Origin: a virus
Virus record (IMG/VR): IMGVR_UViG_3300049437_000042
Location: 1 to 41,682 of that record
Direction: 5' to 3' (one strand)
DNA: 41,682 bases
Below, piece by piece: positions 33,615 to 41,476 of the stretch; the stretch's first letter is position 1, and each line of letters opens with the position of its first letter. Below the pieces are notes generated by a model. That model was not told the origin of the DNA and did not search any database. It was given only the letters and a program-made list of their open reading frames with translations. A program made the position numbers and the translations under genes.

Positions 33615-33677
33615 GGGGGTGTCCTTCCAAACAGACCAGGGCCGGCACACCGTGTGCCGGCCCTGATTCAGAGGGGT

Positions 33678-34145
33678 CTATCCGAACAGAGAATCCGAGC
33701 TCTCAGCCTGCCGCGCCTTGTACTCGGCGACGGCCATCCTGCCAAGTCGCTTGGCTTCGTCCATGCCGCCGCGGACGTTGTTGTCGTCCGGCTCGATGAA
33801 CTTGAACGCCGTGTTCCGCTTGTTGAACTTGGACGGCCGGCCGTCCAGCACCGCCAGCAGCATCTTGCCTTTCCGGAGCTTCTGCACCAGCAGATTGGAG
33901 AGCTGTTCTCCGGAGAACATCACGTTCTCCAACCAAACGGGAACCTCGGTGATGTTCTCCGTGGTCTCTCCGGTGAGTACACACACCTCGCCGAACACGG
34001 CGGTGTACGGTCCGGTGTTGCCCGTCATCTCCTTCTTATTCGTGGGAACCACGAGCAAGAGGTGATCCTTCAGTTCGTCACAGGAAACGAACGTGTTGGT
34101 AGCGGTGTCGAACTCGTCCTCAAACTCTTCGGTCTGGTCGACCAT
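33678..34145 (-). CDS. Hypothetical protein (acidic N-terminus, lower GC)
   Basis: 155 aa with an SD (GGGAAG). Confidence 0.7.
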   Translation of the reverse strand: MVDQTEEFEDEFDTATNTFVSCDELKDHLLLVVPTNKKEMTGNTGPYTAVFGEVCVLTGETTENITEVPVWLENVMFSGEQLSNLLVQKLRKGKMLLAVLDGRPSKFNKRNTAFKFIEPDDNNVRGGMDEAKRLGRMAVAEYKARQAESSDSLFG

Positions 34146-34193
34146 GTTCTTCCCGTCTGTGCTCTGCTGTTCTGTACTCTGCCTGAATCGTGC

Positions 34194-34289
34194 TTACGCC
34201 TGGTTGAACCGGTTGGGGTTGATGGAGCCTCCGATCAGACTCGGACGCCGCTTGACGGGACCACCCATGGTCGCGTCTCCGCCCTTCAT
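34194..34289 (-). CDS. 31-aa ORF with strong SD (uncertain)
   Basis: GGGAGGTGAGTAC precedes an ATG. Peptide MKGGDATMGGPVKRRPSLIGGSINPNRFNQA. It is not in the supplied ORF track because it is short. Confidence 0.35.
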   Translation of the reverse strand: MKGGDATMGGPVKRRPSLIGGSINPNRFNQA

Positions 34290-34395
34290 GTACTCACCTC
34301 CCGTCGTGTAGACGCTGGCCTAACCCCTCACCAGCACATCGAGGCGCACAGTACTCTGACGCACTTGCGCGTGTGCATCACCCCGATTTCCCGCG

Positions 34396-34474
34396 TGGGA
34401 TGGACAGGATTTGAACCTGTGACCTCGGAACATCTAGCCCGGGTGTCCGTGCTCTGCCACTGAGCTACCATCCC
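34396..34474 (-). tRNA. tRNA-like gene 1 (canonical acceptor, D and T arms; expanded anticodon arm)
   Basis: Minus strand reads GGGATGG TA GCTCAGTGGCAGAGC A [CGGACACCCGGGCTAGATGTTCCG] AGGTC ACAGGTTCAAATCCTGT CCATCCC A. The bracketed arm is 24 nt where 17 are expected. No CCA is encoded. Confidence 0.5.
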
Positions 34475-34556
34475 TTGGGTACTCGGGATCGGCAACCCCC
34501 GAGTACCTTCATCCGGTCCTGTGTACTTCGCCATACCGGGAGGCGCCATTGCCCCG

Positions 34557-34694
34557 TGCCCGCTGAAGGGTTCGAACCCCCAACCATGCTCGGTACCGCC
34601 GTATCGGCGGTACTTCCCGTGTCGACCCGGTACTTGACGGGCGATACGACGGTGTTGTTCCGAGCATTGCTCTGCCACATTGAGCTAAACGGGC
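34557..34694 (-). ncRNA. tRNA-like gene 2 with ~66-nt insertion in place of the anticodon loop
   Basis: Acceptor GCCCGTT / AGCGGGC, D arm TAGCTCAATGTGGCAGAGCA, T arm GGGGGTTCGAACCCTTC. The perfect 8-bp stem ATGCTCGG / CCGAGCAT encloses a structured insert that includes the hairpin GTACCGCC-GATAC-GGCGGTAC. Confidence 0.5.
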
Positions 34695-34700
34695 TTAGTA

Positions 34701-34759
34701 GTACCGGGTGGTGGTTGCAGGGCAGCTATCACAATGGAAAGTGCGCCACCACCCGGTAC
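34701..34759 (-). ncRNA. Long perfect hairpin in the non-coding locus
   Basis: 14-bp stem GTACCGGGTGGTGG (34701..34714) / CCACCACCCGGTAC (34746..34759) with a 31-nt loop. Confidence 0.5.
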
Positions 34760-34883
34760 CGTGCCGTCTTTCCGGCTGTCATCGGTTTATGCTCGACAGC
34801 GACCTTTCACCCCTCCGTTCGTTCCGCTAGTACCCCTCTGGGGCCCGGAGCGTTACCTACTTCGGTAAGGGCTACTCATGTCG

Positions 34884-34978
34884 CGGGTATCAGAGGATTC
34901 GAACCTCTGCTCTTCAGTTCCGTTCCCCTCTCGCCAGAGGAGAGTCAGGAACCGTGTGCGCCAATACACCAACTACCC
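34884..34978 (-). ncRNA. tRNA-like gene 3 (95 nt; anticodon-type hairpin on an extended helix)
   Basis: Acceptor GGGTAGT / GATACCC (one mismatch), D arm GTGTATTGGCGCAC, T arm AGAGGTTCGAATCCTCT. The hairpin CTCTC-CTCTGGC-GAGAG would present CUG, but it is stacked on an extra GTTCC / GGAAC helix with a TGA bulge. Confidence 0.45.
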
Positions 34979-35021
34979 TGTTGCCCGGACTCGGGAGAGC
35001 GACCAACCTATCCGTATTTCG

Positions 35022-35090
35022 CTTCCTGGTGAGGATTCGAACCTCACAGGCCCGTAAACGGACTCCCCTGGTAGGTACCTACCCTAGGAA
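35022..35090 (-). ncRNA. tRNA-like element 4 (weak)
   Basis: T arm TGAGGTTCGAATCCTCA, acceptor TTCCTAG / CCAGGAA (one mismatch), atypical D hairpin GTAG-GTAC-CTAC, and a GTCCG-TTTA-CGGGC hairpin instead of a 7-nt anticodon loop. Confidence 0.3.
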
Positions 35091-35246
35091 ACCGGCTCTC
35101 TTACGCCCAACCGTGCATGACGTCTGTGTCAGAGCCGGACACGCACCGGATCGCCAGTTACGACCTGGTGACACCAGCTGACCGGGACACCCTGAACCGG
35201 CCTACCAATGGAGAACCCACTCCGTCGCGAATGGTTCTCTCCGGCG

Positions 35247-35287
35247 GGAAGGGATCGGGTGGACGGGTTGAACACCCGATCCCTTCC
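35247..35287 (-). ncRNA. Long perfect hairpin in the non-coding locus
   Basis: 15-bp stem GGAAGGGATCGGGTG / CACCCGATCCCTTCC with an 11-nt loop. Confidence 0.5.
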
Positions 35288-35445
35288 GGGGGAAGACCTT
35301 ACGGTGATCACGAGGTGCGGGTAGCTACCGAGATGGTCTCTCGGCTTCAACATCTCATCTCACGATCACCGTATGGAATTCTCAAAATCCGTGTGTACCG
35401 GTCGCCTCCGGCCCTTGTGGGGCCCTTGCCTTCCGAACAAGGGGA

Positions 35446-35474
35446 ACGCTACCAGGTGCCCCCGAATGCGTCAA
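35446..35474 (-). promoter_or_regulatory. Candidate promoter for the structured-RNA locus
   Basis: Minus strand reads TTGACG - 17 nt - TAGCGT, directly after the exonuclease stop. Confidence 0.4.
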
Positions 35475-35488
35475 GTCACTTACAGATG

Positions 35489-37555
35489 CTAGTTTTCGAT
35501 CTCGCGCAACCGAGCCTTGGATGCGTCCCCGTGCTGGTCAGCCGACCACAGACCCCGAGCCTTCATCACCTTCCAGATCTGGATCAGCCGATCCTTGGTC
35601 CCTGCCTCCAGGATGTGCCGCAGGATGTCGCACCGGATGCACCGGTCACCGAACTCGTACACCGGTGACCCGCACGGACACCGCACGATGACCTCTCCGG
35701 GCAGAACGTAGGTTCCTAGACCGTCCGCCCACACCTCGCCGGTATCTGGGCTCAGAGGACCGTACAGACCCATGACCGCAGGTACCCGCTCTTCCACGTG
35801 GGGGTCCCACGGTGAGGCGGGCTCCTCCACCGCGGGGGGCTCGACCACGGTCGGGTCAACCGGCCACTCCGGCGCCTTCCGGGACTCGTGCTCGACCCGT
35901 TCCGCGGCCAGCCGGGTGAAGACCTCCTCCCTAGCCGGTTCGGGGGTGACGACCGGAGCGGCGACCGCCTTGAGGTGAGCGACGATGGGACGCCCCCGCT
36001 CCTCAATCTCGGCCGGCGTGACCACCCGATGCTGCTGGACGCACACGTCAGCCCCCGACGCAGTGACCCCGTTTGAGTTGATGATCGGTTTGGTGCACGC
36101 CAGGCACCAGATCTGCGTCTTACCTTCCTGGTCCGGTTCCGGTCGGTGCGTCGGATCGAGCGCGAAGAAGCGTGCCACGGGAGCCGGGTCTGGCGTGACC
36201 ACGACCGGTTCCTCTTCACTGACCGAGGTGAGTTCCGGCTCGACCCGGGTACGCCGGCCCCGGGGCGGGGCGCCGATGCACCCGCGCTTGTGCGTGACCT
36301 TCCCGTTCCGGCATGGTCGCTCACACACCGGGCACGGTTCGCCGTCCGGTACGTGGACCCACTCCGACCCGATGCCGCTCCGGTGCAACGCATGCTCCCC
36401 CTCCACCACGCACGGAGTGTGGTACGACGGGTGTCGAGCGGGACAGGTGGGCGCCGGTTCGTCCGGTGCGGTCAAGACCATCGTCACCGGTTCGTCCACG
36501 ATCAATGACCCCTCGATCGTGAGGGTGCCGGCCACGGAGACTGGTTCAGCCGGCCGGGAGAACCGGACCGGGGCGTTCGGGAGATCGAGTTCATCCGGGC
36601 CGAACGCCCCGGTCACCTGGTCCAGCGGCACCGATACGGCCACGTCCTTCCGGCTCCTCCACTCCCGCACCGTGCAGGCCAGTGCCAGCGAGGCTCGACC
36701 CGCGGTCAGGTCGACCGCATGCAGGGTGGCCGTGACATGATCTTCCGGGTCCTTCCGGATGGGGATGTGCGCGATCAGGGCCACGTCCTTGCGGAGGCGT
36801 TCGGGCAGCGGTTCGTACGTCCGGGTGCCCGGAACCCACATACCCATGGCGTCCACGTAGCAGGCTTGCTGACCCGCTATCTCCTGCCAGCCGTACCCGA
36901 GTTCGTCTCCGGTCTTGATGTCCAGATCGACGTACTGACCAGGGTGCAGCGTCACCAGGTGGCCGGTACCCATCCGGATCGTCAGTGCCCGGGTCACCCT
37001 GGCCAACCGGTCGAACGTGCCCGCCACGTTCCATTGGGGTACCGCCACCACCCGTTCGATGAACTCGGGGGACATGCGCAGTCCGGAGCGGGACATCAAC
37101 TCGGAGTACGCCCGCACCTCCGGCGCCCACAACTCGGGGACCGAGATGTCGTGCCCGCGGTCTCCCTGCTCGCAGAACGCGTGGATGGCCGACCCGAGCA
37201 GGGCCCGTGCCTTGGCTCCCGCAGCAGTCTGCGCCTCCCGGACCAGTTGGTTCAGGGCGTTCCGGTCGGTCGGGTCGGTCGCTGCGATCATCGCGTACAA
37301 CGATGGGTTGCTGACCAAGCCCAGCACGGTCATCCGAAGGTCCCACAAGTGCAGGAGGTGATCCCCGGAAGCGGCCTTGACCAGCGTGGTGACCCGGGTG
37401 AACACCCGGTCGAAGCGCTCCGGGTCGTCCGGGTCGGGCAGGATGTACCGGCCGTAGTGGTCGCGCCGGATGGCCCGGGGGTCAGCCTCGATCCGGGGCC
37501 GTGCGGGGGTAGGCCCGGGGTCGGGAAGATCAAACATGTCATCAATCTCAGCCAT
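35489..37555 (-). CDS. PD-(D/E)XK (RecB/Cas4-like) exonuclease fused to a Cys-rich C-terminal domain
   Basis: 688 aa from an ATG preceded by GAGAGG. Nuclease motifs: GSAIH, GTFD, VDLDIKTG, QQACY. The C-terminal ~350 aa carries several CxxC-type clusters (CPVCERPC, CLAC, CPCG...CIRC). Confidence 0.75.
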   Translation of the reverse strand: MAEIDDMFDLPDPGPTPARPRIEADPRAIRRDHYGRYILPDPDDPERFDRVFTRVTTLVKAASGDHLLHLWDLRMTVLGLVSNPSLYAMIAATDPTDRNALNQLVREAQTAAGAKARALLGSAIHAFCEQGDRGHDISVPELWAPEVRAYSELMSRSGLRMSPEFIERVVAVPQWNVAGTFDRLARVTRALTIRMGTGHLVTLHPGQYVDLDIKTGDELGYGWQEIAGQQACYVDAMGMWVPGTRTYEPLPERLRKDVALIAHIPIRKDPEDHVTATLHAVDLTAGRASLALACTVREWRSRKDVAVSVPLDQVTGAFGPDELDLPNAPVRFSRPAEPVSVAGTLTIEGSLIVDEPVTMVLTAPDEPAPTCPARHPSYHTPCVVEGEHALHRSGIGSEWVHVPDGEPCPVCERPCRNGKVTHKRGCIGAPPRGRRTRVEPELTSVSEEEPVVVTPDPAPVARFFALDPTHRPEPDQEGKTQIWCLACTKPIINSNGVTASGADVCVQQHRVVTPAEIEERGRPIVAHLKAVAAPVVTPEPAREEVFTRLAAERVEHESRKAPEWPVDPTVVEPPAVEEPASPWDPHVEERVPAVMGLYGPLSPDTGEVWADGLGTYVLPGEVIVRCPCGSPVYEFGDRCIRCDILRHILEAGTKDRLIQIWKVMKARGLWSADQHGDASKARLREIEN

Positions 37556-37577
37556 GGGTACCTCTCGTTCAGTGTGA

Positions 37578-37611
37578 CCTGGTCCGGGCCCCGATCGAGG
37601 CCCGGACCAGG
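37578..37611 (-). terminator. Hairpin between the helicase and exonuclease genes (attenuator/terminator candidate)
   Basis: Perfect 13-bp stem CCTGGTCCGGGCC / GGCCCGGACCAGG with an 8-nt loop. Confidence 0.5.
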
Positions 37612-37617
37612 CGTTCC

Positions 37618-39342
37618 TCACTTGCTACGGATGTCCAGAAGCCGGCTGGCGAAGTGGATCGAGATCCTGTCCCCGACGTCGCCCCGGCTCATGCCTTCCT
37701 TGATCTTCAGTCCTTCCCTGGCGCACAGACTGGTCTGCGCTTCCGATGGCTTGCGGTACTTCTTACGCCAGGCTGACGACCGTTCCGAGACGGAGGCGTC
37801 CAGCCCTGTGGCGATCGCCTCCGCAATGGCCATGGCGTATTCCTGCGGAAGACCCCCTCGCAGCCACCCCCACATGGGCGAGTTCGGCCACAGCCTCTTG
37901 TCAGAGTCGATCTTGATACGCATCGCTGCCACACCGGTCCGGCGGTACTGCGTCGCCGTCTTGCCGATCAACCAGGTGTCCGGCGCCGCATCGGCCCGGG
38001 TGTCCGGGGACAAGAAGATGTACCCCGATTTGGTCGGGATGAACCAGACCCCGCCGTCCGTGCGCAGCCACGCCGACTTGGACGATTTGAACAGGTCAAC
38101 CACCTGACTGGTGATCTCACCGGTCACCCGGGCATTGACCGCAGGGGGAGTCTGCCCGTCCGACTCCAGCCGGGTCAAGGCATCGGTCAGGCTCTCTCCG
38201 TCTTCCACGGTCAGACCCTCACGGGAGACTAGGTCGGCGGGACACGCCAACCGGAGCCGTCCGGCCACCCCGACGATGTCCAGCACCATGGCTGAGATCT
38301 TCCCGGGCCACGTCCGCAGCACCCGGCCCACCATCTGGACGTACAACCCGACGTTGGTCGTGGGTCGCCCGATGATGGCCAGGCTCAGCTGTGGAAGATC
38401 GAACCCCTCCGTCAGCACCATGCAGTTGGAGATCATCATCGTCTCACCGGACCGAACGCGAGCGTAGATGTCCGCGCGCACGTCCAGCGGGGTGTCCCCG
38501 GTGATGACCTCGGTGGGAATGCCGGCGGCGTTGGCTGCCTGGTAGAACCCGAGTGCGGCAGCGACGGACGGCCAGAACGCGATGCCCTGCCGCAGGTTGC
38601 CTGCCTCGTCCTTGCCGTGTTCCAGGTACGCCTGCATGGTTACGCCGAATACGTCGGACGCCACCATGGCGTCCCCGAGTGCCCCCGCCTGGTAGTCACC
38701 CGCGGTCCGGGCGACGTCGGACAGGTCCAGCCCATCGACCATCACGGTACGACCGGTGACGTCCACCAGGTGACCACCGAAGATGCCGAACTCGATGCCG
38801 CGCTCGATCGCTACGGTCTGCCAGACGTCACCGAGTACCTTGTCGTCACCCCGGACCAGAGTGGCTGTGAAGCCGATAGCGCGTGATTCGGTCTCCGGGG
38901 TGAAGCACCCGAAGTACTCCATGGTCTCGACATAGGTACGGGCGGCAGCGTGATGGCACTCGTCCACGATCACCCGATCGAACCGGTCGGGGTGGATCTG
39001 GCTGCGACGCGACTCCCGCCCAACGGTCTGCACGCTGGCCACCACGGCGTCGAACTCGGGACCGAACTCGTTGCGTTCTGCTTTGACGACACCGACCCGC
39101 AAGTGGGGGGCGATGGCATGCAGTTTGGCAACGGCTTGCTGCACCAGTTCGTCCCGGTGCACAAGCACGAGGGGTGCCCGACCGGCATCAACAGCAGAGA
39201 TGATGAAGTTACTGAAAATGACCGTTTTGCCGAGTCCCGTTGCCATCACCACAGCAGTGCGCCGGACGCCCCGATCAAACTCGGCATCGATCGCGCTCAA
39301 CGCTTCTGTCTGGTAGGGCCGGAGCGGAAACGTCGTCTGCAT
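37618..39342 (-). CDS. SF2 DEAD/DEAH-box DNA helicase
   Basis: 574 aa. Motifs: MATGLGKT (I), VDECHH (II), FTATL (III), QMVGRVLR (VI). A C-terminal extension of ~190 aa follows. Confidence 0.92.
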   Translation of the reverse strand: MQTTFPLRPYQTEALSAIDAEFDRGVRRTAVVMATGLGKTVIFSNFIISAVDAGRAPLVLVHRDELVQQAVAKLHAIAPHLRVGVVKAERNEFGPEFDAVVASVQTVGRESRRSQIHPDRFDRVIVDECHHAAARTYVETMEYFGCFTPETESRAIGFTATLVRGDDKVLGDVWQTVAIERGIEFGIFGGHLVDVTGRTVMVDGLDLSDVARTAGDYQAGALGDAMVASDVFGVTMQAYLEHGKDEAGNLRQGIAFWPSVAAALGFYQAANAAGIPTEVITGDTPLDVRADIYARVRSGETMMISNCMVLTEGFDLPQLSLAIIGRPTTNVGLYVQMVGRVLRTWPGKISAMVLDIVGVAGRLRLACPADLVSREGLTVEDGESLTDALTRLESDGQTPPAVNARVTGEITSQVVDLFKSSKSAWLRTDGGVWFIPTKSGYIFLSPDTRADAAPDTWLIGKTATQYRRTGVAAMRIKIDSDKRLWPNSPMWGWLRGGLPQEYAMAIAEAIATGLDASVSERSSAWRKKYRKPSEAQTSLCAREGLKIKEGMSRGDVGDRISIHFASRLLDIRSK

Positions 39343-39380
39343 GGTGGTCCTCTCGGGTCAGGGTGTCGGATACAGCAAGC

Positions 39381-39419
39381 GGAGAGATGAGCATAGCGTG
39401 CACGCTCATCTCTCCGCAA
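39381..39419 (-). promoter_or_regulatory. Promoter of the helicase operon overlapped by a 12-bp inverted repeat
   Basis: Minus strand reads TTGCGG - 18 nt - TATGCT. The spacer is formed by the inverted repeat GGAGAGATGAGC / GCTCATCTCTCC (39381..39415). The upstream element GATGCCCAGAG is shared with the 40841..40851 copy. Confidence 0.55.
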
Positions 39420-39432
39420 CTCTGGGCATCTG

Positions 39433-39789
39433 TTAGCAGGGAGGGTCCCCGTACAGGGCCGCCAGACCCGTCAGCCTCGCTCGATCATCGTCCGTGATCG
39501 TGTCGCCGCAGTCAGGGCAGTAGTCCATCTGAAGGTTCCCGAGCACGTTCAGGTGCTCACAGATGGTCGGGTTCAGTCCGTGCTCGGTCAGGTCACGCCG
39601 GGCCCGTCCATCCACCTTGACCCGAATGCCTCCGGACTCGTGTACGGACAGCCCGGTCACGGCGCAGTACTCGACCAGGTGCCCCCGAGCTTCGGCGTAG
39701 CTGACCGCCTCCGTCAGGGCGTAGGCCATGGCCTTCCCGATCGGTGTGGTGACGTCCACCGTGACAATGGTCGTCCACGGGATGGTCAC
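39433..39789 (-). CDS. Hypothetical protein
   Basis: 118 aa from a GTG overlapping the upstream stop (TAGTG). The longer reading has a non-protein-like N-terminus. Contains a C-terminal CPDCGD. Confidence 0.55.
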   Translation of the reverse strand: MTIPWTTIVTVDVTTPIGKAMAYALTEAVSYAEARGHLVEYCAVTGLSVHESGGIRVKVDGRARRDLTEHGLNPTICEHLNVLGNLQMDYCPDCGDTITDDDRARLTGLAALYGDPPC

Positions 39790-39995
39790 TACTCTGCCGA
39801 CTTCTGCCTGCGCGAGACCGTCACGGTCACCGGGCGCATGCTGGTCGACACCAGGCCCGCGACGCCCATGAGGGTGAACACTCCCACCGTGGTCCACGAT
39901 CCCTGTACCACGGTTAGGGTTGCAGCGCTGCCCATCATGGCGAGGTACAGCGCGTGCAGGATCAGGTTCGTCCAACTGGACGCAGAAAACTTCAC
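39789..39995 (-). CDS. Two-TM membrane protein (hypothetical)
   Basis: 68 aa from a GTG start preceded by the strong SD AAGGAGAG. Confidence 0.65.
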   Translation of the reverse strand: MKFSASSWTNLILHALYLAMMGSAATLTVVQGSWTTVGVFTLMGVAGLVSTSMRPVTVTVSRRQKSAE

Positions 39996-40004
39996 GATCT
40001 CTCC

Positions 40005-40229
40005 TTAGTGTGGTAGAACGAAATGAATGAAGGTACCCCGGTTGTACCCTTTGGTGTGCTCCACCTCCGTGGTCAGTTCGTCCCGGTCCAGCAGGCGCCG
40101 GACGGCATTGTGCATGTCCACCCGTCCGAACCCGTGGCGCCCCGCCTCCACTTCGAGCATGGAGCGTGAGGTACGGCGGCAGCGACCGACGTACTTGATC
40201 AGGATGTCGTCGAGGGGGTGGCGGGTCAT
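40005..40229 (-). CDS. Small winged-helix-like protein (hypothetical)
   Basis: 74 aa from an ATG in an ATGA overlap. MTRHPLDDILIKYVGRCRRTSRSMLEVE...HNAVRRLLDRDEL. Confidence 0.55.
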   Translation of the reverse strand: MTRHPLDDILIKYVGRCRRTSRSMLEVEAGRHGFGRVDMHNAVRRLLDRDELTTEVEHTKGYNRGTFIHFVLPH

Positions 40230-40369
40230 ATCTTGCCCGCCACGTACAGGATCACTCCGACACCGAACGGGGGCAGGGCCAACCAGGTCGGTCCTCCCGC
40301 GCACCCGATCAGCGCGCCGGAGCCTGCGAGCGTGATACCCCACGCTCGCAGGCGGTAGGCGAACGTCAC
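40226..40369 (-). CDS. 47-aa two-TM membrane peptide (hypothetical)
   Basis: GTG in a GTGA overlap with the upstream stop. VTFAYRLRAWGITLAGSGALIGCAGGPTWLALPPFGVGVILYVAGKI. Confidence 0.45.
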   Translation of the reverse strand: MTFAYRLRAWGITLAGSGALIGCAGGPTWLALPPFGVGVILYVAGKI

Positions 40370-40782
40370 GTCAGGATCTCCCTTGCTTCCTGCGTCCGGC
40401 GCGCCAGGCACGCGGGACAGATGTACTGGTAGATCGTGTCGCCGTAAGCGGCCTGGAAGTAGGGCTCCAACGCCACGTGCCCCAACCCCTCGCACCCTTC
40501 CGCCCGGACGGAGCAGGGACCCATCGGGGTGGCGGCCGGCCCGTCCACGGGCATCCCGCGTGCCACCCGGTGTGCCCGGAGCGCCTGCGCCATGCGCCAC
40601 GAGTACACCGCTTCTGCGGCCGCTACGGCGGTATCCCGCTCCCGCTTGGCCTCGCTGATCGCCTGGTCGTACTGCTGGCGGGCTGCCTCCTGCACCCCCG
40701 ACCACGTACTGATCGGTGGGAGGGCGTCGTCGCTCACCCGGTTCTGCATTCCGCGTGTCGTGGGCCTGTAGGTGTCGCTCAT
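40366..40782 (-). CDS. Hypothetical protein (first gene of the leftward early operon)
   Basis: 138 aa from an ATG preceded by GGAGGCACCG. The C-terminus contains CPAC. Confidence 0.6.
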   Translation of the reverse strand: MSDTYRPTTRGMQNRVSDDALPPISTWSGVQEAARQQYDQAISEAKRERDTAVAAAEAVYSWRMAQALRAHRVARGMPVDGPAATPMGPCSVRAEGCEGLGHVALEPYFQAAYGDTIYQYICPACLARRTQEAREILT

Positions 40783-40811
40783 CGGTGCCTCCGGGTGTCG
40801 GTCGAGCCTTG

Positions 40812-40840
40812 AGTATGTCATGCACAGCGTCTGTCCGCAA
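40812..40840 (-). promoter_or_regulatory. Leftward early promoter (proximal)
   Basis: Minus strand reads GATGCCCAGAG TTGCGG - 17 nt - CATACT, then CGACACCCGGAGG and the ATG at 40782. Confidence 0.5.
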
Positions 40841-40877
40841 CTCTGGGCATCCGTAGGTGCACGAACGGCCCGGACCG

Positions 40878-40906
40878 AGTACATCAGGCACGCGCGTTGC
40901 CCACAA
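40878..40906 (-). promoter_or_regulatory. Leftward early promoter (distal, tandem)
   Basis: Minus strand reads GATACCAACAG TTGTGG - 17 nt - TGTACT. Its -35 overlaps the -35 of the rightward promoter. Confidence 0.4.
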
Positions 40907-40926
40907 CTGTTGGTATCCGTTAGTAT
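40897..40926 (+). promoter_or_regulatory. Rightward promoter giving a leaderless transcript
   Basis: TTGCCC - 18 nt - TAGTAT - 7 nt - ATG (40934). There is no SD. Confidence 0.5.
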
Positions 40927-40933
40927 CTGGCGC

Positions 40934-41476
40934 ATGACCACACCGACTCAGCTTGAACCACTCGCGCGTCGATGGCTGACCCGCACCGACGCGGCCGAGT
41001 ACATGTCCGTCTCCCCCTGGACCCTGGACCGGTGGGTGGCGGAGGGGCGCCTCACCAGGCGACACATCGCCGACGCGGACGGGAACACCACCCGGGCCGT
41101 TCGGTTCGCCGTGAGCGATCTGGACGCACTCGTGGTGACCTCGGAAGAGGTGGAGGCGTCCAGCGGGCAGATTCCCCCGCTTCCGCTGTCCCCGATGGCA
41201 CGTGCTCTGCTGACCGAGGTGACCGATCACCCGTTCCACTCCCACAAGCTGTACCGCGCCAGCCTCGCCGGGATGGCGGAGGCGACCGGCGCCCCGTTCG
41301 ACGGTCCCGACTTCGAGTGGGCGTGGGCGTTCCTGACCTACTCCGGACTCATCGTCTCGCGGCCCGCGCTGGACTGCGGCCCCCCGGTCTGGCACGTGCG
41401 GTCCCTGCCCGCCGATGTGCTGGCTGACCGGATGGCGGAAGAGGCCCGGGTGCGGGCTGGGGTGTCCGGTGAGTGA
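40934..41476 (+). CDS. HTH DNA-binding protein (MerR/excisionase-type N-terminal HTH)
   Basis: 180 aa. RWLTRTDAAEYMSVSPWTLDRWVAEGRLT. The longer ORF starting at 40772 runs through the promoter region. Confidence 0.7.
   Translation: MTTPTQLEPLARRWLTRTDAAEYMSVSPWTLDRWVAEGRLTRRHIADADGNTTRAVRFAVSDLDALVVTSEEVEASSGQIPPLPLSPMARALLTEVTDHPFHSHKLYRASLAGMAEATGAPFDGPDFEWAWAFLTYSGLIVSRPALDCGPPVWHVRSLPADVLADRMAEEARVRAGVSGE

Noticed and set aside
34396-35090. Interpreting CTA and TTA triplets in the enlarged loops of tRNA-like elements 1 and 4 as amber or ochre suppressor anticodons.
   Set aside because: The triplets are not preceded by U33 in a 7-nt loop context, and the phage uses TGA, TAA and TAG as ordinary stops throughout. 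Recoding is therefore unsupported.
33321-35668. Plus-strand ORFs 33321..34463 (380 aa), 34475..35032 (185 aa) and 35117..35668 (183 aa).
   Set aside because: They run antisense to well-supported minus-strand genes or straight through the tRNA-like modules and long hairpins. The translations are not protein-like. The whole arm is otherwise transcribed leftward.
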